From contig NIVC01001495.1 of NCBI GenBank assembly GCA_002269645.1, forward strand, positions 1-39,861: DNA of 39,861 bases, in the 5' to 3' direction. Each line of letters starts with the position of its first letter. Position 1 is the first letter of the stretch. The translations under genes were made by a program, and so were the position numbers. The stretch is from Macrostomum lignano (Eukaryota). Below, in pieces: positions 24,296 to 32,864 of the stretch. Under the pieces are notes generated by a model that searched no databases, was not told the origin of the DNA, and saw only the letters and a program-made list of their open reading frames with translations.

Positions 24296-24933
24296 CCGCC
24301 TGCGAGGACCCGGTCGAGAGTTTCCTTTGCCGCGAGGTCGGCAACGGCGAGAACGTCTGACCAGCGCCGTCTACCGCATGGAGCGGAAGCGGGCCTCCAG
24401 CAGTCAGCAGTCCGACGGCTCCGGCTGCCTGACCCGCGCCAAGTGCCGCCGCATCAGCAGCCAGCTGGAGGCGCAGCCCCGCGTGCACAGCGTCGCCCCG
24501 CCCGGCGCCGGCATCCAGATGTCCACGGCGACGGCCTCGCAGTCGCCGGCCTCTTCGTTTGCTTCCGCTTCGTCAACCGCTTCAACTTCGACTGCCGCCA
24601 CCTCGTCGACTGCGGCGGCCGGAGCGCTCGGTCAGCCGCCGAGCAGCGGCGGTCAGGCCTTCTGCGACCTGCGGATGCGCGTTCGGGCCGAATACCAACA
24701 GATCCACCGCCTGCTTAGCAACCAGCTGCACTCGCACCGCAACGACCCGGCGCAGCGCCAGTTCGACCTGTTCTTCCAGGCCAGCAACACCCTGAATAGC
24801 CACGACCTGGGCGACATTCTCTGCGACATCCGCTTCTCCGACCTGCACTATCTGGAGGCTTTCTGGCGCGACTACGTCAGCGGAGAGCTCGCGCACGCCA
24901 TCAAGAGCGTCTTCGTGCGCCACTACCTGATGG
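24296..24933 (+). CDS. DEDD: DEDD homologue exon 2 (basic/Ser-rich linker and start of conserved C-terminal domain)
   Basis: Branch point CTAAT plus acceptor CGCAG|; CDLRMRVRAEY...QRQFDLFFQASNTLNSHDLGDILCDIRFSDLHYLEAFWRDYVSGELAHAIKSVFV matches the DEDD C-terminus (CDIRLRVRAEY...FWRDYINGSLLEALKGVF); donor G|GTGAGT. Needs one extra base near 24357. Confidence 0.9.
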
Positions 24934-24937
24934 GTGA

Positions 24938-25080
24938 GTCAGTCAGTCAGTCAGTCAGTCAGTCAGTCAGTCAGTCAGTCAGTCAGTCAGTCAGTCAGCC
25001 AGTCAGTCAGTCAGTCAGTCAGTCAGTCAGCCAGTCAGTCAGTCAGTCAGTCAGTCAGCCAGTCAGTCAGTCAGTCAGTC
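24938..25080. repeat. (CAGT)n microsatellite filling most of DEDD intron 2
   Basis: About 35 CAGT/CAGC units starting immediately after the donor GTGAGT. Confidence 0.98.
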
Positions 25081-25106
25081 GCTTCCCCGCTTCTCCACCC
25101 GCCCAG

Positions 25107-25486
25107 ACCGGTTCAACCCGGCCGATGTCCAGGTGCACATCAGCCTGGACGCTGCGGATTACTACAATGGCCGCCAGGTGCTTCTCCGATCCTACGCTGA
25201 GCACTACAACCGTCTGGCCAAGGTTCGCGATTCGCAGCGGGAAATGCAAGAGCAACAGTTGATGGAGCAGCAGCTGACTGCTCCACAGGAGGCTGACGCT
25301 GCGGCTTCTGCCGCCGCCACCTCCGCGGCCACTGCTCCCGTCGCCACCTCGGCGGCCACCGCCAGCAAGCCGACCAAGCAGCGAACGGCTTCAGCAGTTG
25401 GCCAGCGCAGTCGCCGTTTAGGTGGCAGCAGCGGCGGCGGCAGCGGCGTCCCGAAGCGGCTCACGAGGTCCTCGACGGGATCCTGA
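25107..25486 (+). CDS. DEDD: DEDD homologue exon 3 to stop codon
   Basis: Acceptor CCCAG|AC; DRFNPADVQVHISLDAADYYNGRQVLLRSY parallels DEDD IKLLVNVDEEDYELGRQKLLRNL, followed by a low-complexity Q/A/S tail and TGA. Confidence 0.88.
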
Positions 25487-26583
25487 GTCCCGCTGGCTGC
25501 AGCTGGCGCTCCGCTCTCCCAGCCCTCCTGACTGCCCCCCCCCCACCTGTTCACTTGACAATTTGGCCCAGCTTCACATTCTCCCCTAGGGCCTCATCTT
25601 TCAGCAGCCCGTGAGCGGCGGCTTTTTTTGTCACCCCTCCCGCTGTTACTGGCGTCTCTTCCACTCTGCGTTGGACTCTCAATCGCCCTCTCGCCTCGTT
25701 CGCTTGTTTGCTCGCCCCTGCCTTGCGGGCCCGCTCCCGCTATACGATTTGTTATAATGTTTTTATTATTTAATTCAACTGCGGCTTCGGACAGGCGATT
25801 CTTTTTTGCTTTCTTCTCTACTTCTTTTTCGCTGCCTGTTGCTTGTTTATAAAGAAGCAGTTCTTTGTCCTTTGGCTGGCAGTTTGCAGTTTTTCAGGCA
25901 TTCTCTTTGCTACTCATAGTAGCGGCCGGCGGGTCGGAGGCCGCCCATAGACTAATCTGACCGATTTTCACACCGTCTCCCTGGCCAAGAGGCCTGGACA
26001 CTCATAGCCATCGCTGCTCCGTAATCATTCAAGTTTATTATTATCATTTATTGTTTATTATTAAATTCAATTTTGAGCTTGTCAGATTTCAAAAGCAACA
26101 GCCTTTGTAATTATCTCTGTCGCCTGTGTTTCTTCAACTGACTTTCGCTGTTGCTTCGCATTGCGCATTGTTCGCATTGACCCTGTGCCATTGTTGCTTA
26201 GAATGTCCTATGTATACTACTACTGCAACTACTTATTAATTTTGCTGTTACATCCCAGGCCGCTTGTTGAGTTCTCCTTTTTTTGTGTCCCGTTTAATCT
26301 GCCGCGGCCTCCGCCCCGTCTCCTCTCTTGCTTGCTTGCTGCTCCTTGTTCGTTCTGCCTGTTCCAATTATCTGAAAATAAACATATTTAAAGCCGCGCG
26401 CACTCGGGCGGTTGATACAAAAATGACGAGAGCAGTTTAGTTCAAATCGTTGTGCCTGTCAATCATTGCCTGCAGCAGTGCCATCAGCTAGGGCTGGTAA
26501 TGAAGTTAGCGCTCGTTACTACTGTTAATTTGAGTCTGTCATTCGCTACAAGTTTTGTAAATTTCCTTTAAAAAACCGATTGC

Positions 26584-26966
26584 ATGCATGCTGCTCTACT
26601 GTCAGTAGCAGCTTTCGCAACCGCCCTTGCCGATCCCCGCCTCCCCCGATGCCGTGAGGCGTGTCGGGCCGGGGCGCGCAGCCGACAATCGCCAAGACGA
26701 AACAATGCGAGACGCGCCGCTGCCAACCCCACCTGCTGGCAACCCCAACGCCACCGCCTGGCTGTTGCCGTCCGTCTCCGCGTCTCCCCTGCCGGATCCA
26801 TGTGAGGCTGCCGCTGGCAACGCCACCGCGGCTAACGCTAGCTCTGCTGCCTGCCGGGACCGGCTGGGGCAGCCCATGGCCGCGTCCGCTTCTGGACTCG
26901 TTGAGCTGAGCACGGCTGCCTGGCTGGCCATCGGCCTGACCGTCTCACTGCTGCTCTTATCTGGGG
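26584..26966 (+). CDS. Unassigned type-I membrane protein, exon 1 (signal peptide, short Cys-containing ectodomain, start of TM helix)
   Basis: MHAALLSVAAFATALA signal-like start; ...STAAWLAIGLTVSLLLLSG then donor G|GTGAGT. Linking the start to the TM frame needs about two single-base corrections, so the start is tentative. Confidence 0.55.
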
Positions 26967-26982
26967 GTGAGTGGCACATTGC

Positions 26983-27195
26983 TGAGTAGCTCTCTAGTAG
27001 TTGTTGAGTAGTTCTCCAGCAGTTGCTGAGTAGTTCTCCAGCAGTTGTTGAGTAGTTCTCTAGCAGTTGTTAAGTAGTTCTCCAGCAGTCGTTGAGTAGT
27101 TCTCCAGCAGTTGTTGAGTAGTTCTCCAGCAGTTGTTGAGTAGTTCTCCAGCAGTTGTTGAGTAGTTCTCTAGCAGTTATTAAGTAGTTCTCCGA
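26983..27195. repeat. Intronic minisatellite, 22-bp unit TTGTTGAGTAGTTCTCCAGCAG, ~9 copies
   Basis: Period-22 tandem repeat between donor 26967 and acceptor 27257. Confidence 0.96.
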
Positions 27196-27257
27196 TAAGT
27201 GCTGAGAAGGTTAAATGAAGAATCCTCAACTTTTAGTTATTTTTTTCGTTTCCGCAG

Positions 27258-27607
27258 GCGTGGCGGCCTTTTTGATCTACAAGCGCCGTCTGCAGGGCAG
27301 ACGCAAGAAGCTGCGCGCCTCATCGCTGGCCTCATCTCTGTCCGGCGACGCCATCACCATGCAGCAGGTGGCGGGCAGATCTACTGAGAGCCTGGAGGAC
27401 CCGGCGCACTACGACCAGGATTGGTTCCTGCACAGCCTCGAGAACGCGCTGTTCTCTGGTCGCAGCTGCTCCAGCGACAGCAGCCTTGCTGTGGTCGCCG
27501 CCTCTGTCGGGCCTACGCAGCCCGGAGGTCACCTGGCACCGGCCGCCGCCTCTCGGCTGCACGCGCGCGGCTTGCAGGCCTCGGCAGCTGTCTGGGCGCG
27601 TGCCTGA
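27258..27607 (+). CDS. Unassigned type-I membrane protein, exon 2 (end of TM helix, basic stop-transfer, cytoplasmic tail)
   Basis: Acceptor TTTCCGCAG|; phase matches exon 1; GVAAFLIYKRRLQGRRKKLR...DQDWFLHSLENALFS...*; GC3-rich codons. Confidence 0.68.
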
Positions 27608-27612
27608 TCCGC

Positions 27613-28437
27613 GTGACCTGCTGCACCTACCAGGTGTGACCTGCCGCATCTACAAGGTGTGACCTGCTGCACCTACCAGATGTGACCTGCGGCATCTACC
27701 AGGTGTGACCTGCTGCACCTACCAGGTGTGACCTGCTGCACCTATCAGGTGTGACCTGCTGCACCTACAAGGTGTGACCTGCCGCACCTACCAGGTGTGA
27801 CCTGCTGCACCTACCAGGTGTGACCTGCTGCACCTACAAGGTGTGACCTGCTGCACCTACCAGGTGTGACCTGCTGCACCTACCAGGTGTGACCTGCCGC
27901 ACCTACCAGGTGTGACCTGCTGCACCTACCAGGTAGTGACCTGCTGTACCTACCAGGTGTGACCTGCTGCACCTACCAGGTGTGACCTGCCGCACCTACA
28001 AGGTGTGACCTGCTGCACCTACCAGGTGTGACCTGCTGCACCTACCAGGTGTGACCTGCCGCATCTACAAGGTGTGACCTGTCGCACCTACCAGGTGTGA
28101 CCTGCCGCATCTACAAGGTGTGACCTGCCGCACCTACAAGGTGTGACCTGTCGCACCTACCAGGTGTGACCTGCCGCATCTACAAGGTGTGACCTGTCGC
28201 ACCTACCAGGTGTGACCTGCCGCATCTACAAGGTGTGACCTGTCGCACCTACCAGGTGTGACCTGCCGCATCTACAAGGTGTGACCTGCCGCACCTACAA
28301 GGTGTGACCTGTCGCACCTACCAGGTGTGACCTGCCGCATCTACAAGGTGTGACCTGTCGCACCTACCAGGTGTGACCTGCCGCATCTACAAGGTGTGAC
28401 CTGCCGCACCTACCAGGTGTGACCTGCCGCACCTACC
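27613..28437. repeat. Minisatellite, 23-bp unit GTGACCTGCTGCACCTACCAGGT, ~36 copies
   Basis: Period-23 tandem array with alternating variants; each unit junction spells AGGTGTGA. Confidence 0.98.
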
Positions 28438-29045
28438 GGCTCAATTTCGCTTGCCGTGCGCCCGAACTTACCGCTGCGAGCTCTCATTACGCTTCCTCAT
28501 TAGCAGAATTCTGATACAAATATTCTCCCTAATGCGCTACTGAGTGGTAGATTAGTTAGTAGTATGATAACTAAAAACTGCAGTATGATAACTAAAATCT
28601 AAAGACTGATGTCCAGCCGATCCCACAGGATTAAACTCTTAGCTCAGCTTCCTTTTCCTCTCCTGCACCGGCCCAAGCGCTATTATCCACCCACCTGTTC
28701 TAAAAGTATTACCTAATCATGATACAGTGTGATACCTAATGTGATACAGTGGCGTTGTAAATTGCTTTTTTTGGCCCCCCCATGCAGCAAACTGCGGCTC
28801 CACAATGCGTTTGTATTCTAGCCTGTAGTAACCCAATGACTTGGACCCTCGCCACTTTTCGATTTTTTGTTTTTGTTTTCATATTTTTACCCCAGCAGAA
28901 CACGGAGCCTGGCACCGTTTATACGACTGACCAGCGGCATTAAGCACTCCGCGCACTCGGCGTCATCGATTCACACCTGTACAATACTGCTATACTGTTC
29001 GTGTCGCTTCATTGTGCTGCTCTGACTATCCAGCATACTCACTCA

Positions 29046-29093
29046 TGAGTCACCCATGACTCACCCATGACTCACCCATGACTCATCCATGAC
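29046..29093. promoter_or_regulatory. Four tandem AP-1 consensus sites (TGA(C/G)TCA) at 11-bp spacing
   Basis: TGAGTCA at 29046 and TGACTCA at 29057, 29068 and 29079; function not shown. Confidence 0.4.
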
Positions 29094-29518
29094 TAGCAGT
29101 GCCACTGGCTGTTTTACCTTTTTACACCTGATTGGCCCGTACGCATCCAGGCAGGCTGTCAGTCCGGCAGCAGTTCTGTCGCTCACAGAGTTGTTTTTAG
29201 TTGCTGCTGTAATCAATCTATTGCAACCATTGTGCGTGATCTGCACCCGAGGCCGGCTGGTTTTCCTGCCGCCTCTTGAATTGGCATAATTAAACTCGAT
29301 ATTATCGATTGGCTCCATTCAATGCCCGATTTTGATTTTATTTTGAGCAGGGCAAACCAAATTCTCCGGTTTTTTGTTGCTAATTAGTCTCCCTTCGAAC
29401 TGAGCTCAATTATGCCCTAATGTGTGCCAATTTATTTCTTCAGGTTGAGGATTTTGAAGCTGCGTAGCATTTCTGCAATGTGAAGCAGCTTAGAATAAAT
29501 AAAGTACTTTCGATGCTT

Positions 29519-29973
29519 TACTTGACTTAGCTGCAGGGCGGTCCGTAGACACAGCGGGGAGGCGAGGGTCGCCCATTCCGCCAGCCCCTGAAGGCCCGCA
29601 GACAGGCAGAGGCGTGGGGCCGGTCAGGGTGGTCCGCCAGTCTGTCCTGCAGCGTGATCTCTTCCGTTAGGAAAGAAAGTGGCTCGTCCTGTCGTTCAAA
29701 GGAACTGGATGAGCCGTGGGATGCTGCCGAGGTAGCGTAGCCGGTCTCTGGTAAAGAAGAGTAGTGACATACAAAGTGCTGAGCATCTTCGTTGTATTCG
29801 CAAAAGGGGCAAAGTTCACTCTCGAGGTCACCTCGGAGGAAGCAGTGCCTGGCAGTCCGGACAAGGTCGCAATATCCTTCCATTACAGTCTCTTGTACGG
29901 AGACTTCCATTGGGTCTTCATCGGTGAATTCTTTTGTTCTTGACCTTGAAATGAAATTTGGCAAGGGGTGCAA
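29519..29973 (-). mobile_element. Decayed 3' fragment of a non-LTR retrotransposon
   Basis: RHCFLRGDL...CPFCEYNEDAQHFVC zinc-knuckle remnant and 3' end CCCTGCAGCTAAGTCAAGT; 5' boundary approximate, no TSD found. Confidence 0.75.
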
Positions 29974-30155
29974 GCAGAGAGAGATATTGATGGACCAAAA
30001 ATTGATGATTTTATTTGTAGCATTTGTCCTGTCTGGTTCGTATGGTTAAATTTGATGAAGAACGTTCCAGTTCCAGTGCCAGTCAAGGACTTCTTAATAA
30101 CTCAGGACGGAAAACTCGCAAATCACTGTAAGAAAGTATGATGCTCGATTCATTG

Positions 30156-30573
30156 TACATGTAGGGTGTCCTTGAATTTACGAGCTAGTAACGCTTGAAT
30201 TTACGAGTAGTAACACTTGAAGAGTTCAATATGTAAGAGTGAAGTTGCAGGACAATAGAAATTTCCTTCACACCGGATATAGGTACCCAGAGTTAGAGGG
30301 GTTCCTAAATTTCAAGAGTTACTACGAGTTCTCGTATATTCGTTACTAAATTCAAGCATTACCATTGGCGTAGCTGGGGGGATACGGGGATAATCCCGAT
30401 CGGCAAAAATTCTTAAATCTATGCATATACGCTCGTAGTAATATTGAAATCACCCATATAAATATAATAGGTGTACAATGTAACATTATATTATAGTAAT
30501 ACATATGGAATATCCCTCAGCTGCACCATTGCGTTACTAAATTTCGGTTACTAAATTCACAGACCCGTACATG
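30156..30573. mobile_element. Possible degenerate MITE
   Basis: Imperfect inverted ends TACATGTA(C)GGGT...TGAATTTA with repeated TAGTAAC/GTTACTA submotifs. Confidence 0.4.
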
Positions 30574-31417
30574 TATCATATCTATGGTCAAGCCATAGTC
30601 AAATATAAAGCCTTTTGGGCTTAACTTTAAGCTGAAGAGAAGGCTACATTCTTAGCTAAGTGCGTGGGAAGCAAATGAAACGTTGCGCACGAACCTACTA
30701 TACAGTAGGAGTCATGAGAAGACGACAGTTATTAATTACCAAAAGATCAAAAAGAGGCATGGTGAGTTTGCTGCCATAATAGCTTGGCCATAACCCTGCT
30801 CTTAAACGAGCCTCGTGATTTTTTCACCATGGTTTTGCGAGTTCCCGTCTTGAGTGATTAAAGCGTCCTTGCATTCTGTGTACATTCTGTGGTTTCTGTA
30901 CAAACTCTAATCATAGGTGTGCCCTCTAAGGAAGGGCAGCAATATGCCGCATTCACTCTGTAAAGCATTAGAGTTTTATTGATTCTTGGTCCACCAATAA
31001 CTGAGCTTGCGTGTATCTCTGACAAATTTAATTGTAAGTTCATGCACAAAAGTGCTGCTGGTTATCCTCTTCGCTTCCCAATGACTCCAGACTTGTTGAA
31101 TTTCAGGCATCCAATATTTCTACGCTTACAGCACGGTTTTTAGTCGCTAAGGGGCGCCGAGTGCATTATGATTCGGCTCATCTTCGGCTGCCACCAACGC
31201 TGAACTAAAAAATAAAGAAGCTAATGAACGAGAATCATTTTGTAAATTTAACGGAATTGAAATAATGTATTTTCCTCCACGCCTGTCTCAGGCTTCAGTG
31301 AAGCTGCAGCCAATTAAGCAAATGTTCTTCCCACCACCAAAAAATTTTCAGGTTAAAACTGAAGTTTGCGAAGTTGTCTCAAAGTTAAGTTTTGCGTTCA
31401 TCAGGGGCAGATTTGAG

Positions 31418-31509
31418 TTACTTCTTGGTCTTGGAAGCCACAGTCTTAGCCACGGTCTTCAGCGAGGTGCTCACTTTCGAAACCTTCAGCACCTGGATCA
31501 TCTTGCGTC
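31418..31509 (-). CDS. Large cationic adhesive/mucin-like gene, last coding exon
   Basis: Acceptor ACTGCAG|, phase 1; (G)RKMIQVLKVSKVSTSLKTVAKTVASKTKK*. Confidence 0.65.
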
Positions 31510-31789
31510 CTGCAGTTGGGCGAAATGTTTGAATTCAGTGAGTTTCCCTCATTCTCTTCGCATCATTTTTCTATCTACTCGCTTTCCATCTACATTCCTA
31601 GATAATATCCAAACCAAGGACCTTACGAACCAAGGACCAAGCGAATTTATAACTTCTAGTGGTCCTTGATCCGAACTCTAGTCTCTTCAGATGCTCGTGT
31701 CAATCGACCTTCACTTTGAGTACTCTGCATTAGCCGCATAGAATTTCGAGAGAAATCTTGAAGCCACCATAAGCCGATACGAAACTTAC

Positions 31790-32218
31790 CTGATACAACG
31801 CCACTTAGGGTCGGATTGCCTGCGCTGTCCTTAGCGCATTCGCAGCTTTTCGCCGATTTGCCCTTGACAACGCAGTCGAAGCCCTTCTCGCCGATTTTGC
31901 GGCATTTGCCGTCCTTCTGTTTACACCCGGACTCAACCAGCTCGCCTCCCTTGGCGGTGCACTTGTACTTGAAGCACGAGTTGACCCACTCCTGTCCCTG
32001 CTCGTATCGCTTTCCGGTGCTGCGATCCACGCAGACGCTAACGACGCTGCCTCCGGAGCTGCTCACTTCCTTGGCCTTGTCGCCGGTCACCACTTCGTTC
32101 TTGCCCCAGCCGGCCGAGTTTTGGACGCAGATGCAGTTCTTGTGCAGGCTGCCGCTATAGTGGCAAGAATAGCCGTCCTCGTTCAGGGCTTTGCAAGTCT
32201 TGTCAGCGGCCTGGCACT
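31790..32218 (-). CDS. Large cationic adhesive/mucin-like gene, exon with Cys-rich vWC-like module
   Basis: AG/GT bounded, 429 bp phase 1-1; CVDRSTGKRYEQGQEWVNSCFKYKCTAKGGELVESGC. Confidence 0.85.
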
Positions 32219-32382
32219 CTGCAAATTGTTGCAGCAGAACTTTTATTATGATTGCTGTGAGGACCCCATCTTTGATCTACTCGTTCTTAGATCCATACAA
32301 TTTAATAAAAACCTACACAAGTATCTATTAATGCAGCTGCTGACTGAAGACATCGTCACGGGCTTAAAACAAAAAAACTCAC

Positions 32383-32729
32383 TAGGGATTCTCTTCAATC
32401 CGGTCTTGGTGCACTCCATCACATTGCAGCCGTGATTCCAGCGCTCGCCCTCGATGTAGACCTTGCTCGGGTTGAACGGATCGGTACAGCGGTTCTTGCT
32501 CTCCTTGATCTTGCAGTAGCCCCATGATCCGGTCTCGTGCATTCGGTGGTACGAGCACCAATACCTGCCGTTGTACTCGTCGCAGTTGTACAGCCACTTG
32601 TTCTGATACTTGAAGGGGAACACGCACTGGCGGCCACTCTCTGTGAGCACCTTCTCCTTCGAGGTGGCGATAGACTGATAATGCAGGGACTCGACCTTCT
32701 TTCCCTTCTTGTTTGTGCGGGTGCGCAGT
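32383..32729 (-). CDS. Large cationic adhesive/mucin-like gene, exon with fibronectin type II and vWC-like module
   Basis: SGRQCVFPFKYQNKWLYNCDEYNGRYWCSY...WGYC is an FN2 signature; phase 2-1 boundaries fit the neighbouring exons. Confidence 0.88.
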
Positions 32730-32864
32730 CTGAAATGTGGAGATGGCATGGTACCGAAATCTTATTTAAAATGTCACTTTGAGTTTGTTCATCAAGAACT
32801 AAGCACCGTTTTTATCCATAGTTGATGCAAAGATAATTTGTAAGACTGAATGTAAGGTTCTTAC

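Noticed and set aside
31656-31720. Acceptor at ~31718 as the last exon of the cationic gene
   Set aside because: Gives a stop after four codons (EYSK*); the acceptor at 31510 gives a longer Lys-rich tail consistent with the protein, though cDNA is needed to be sure.
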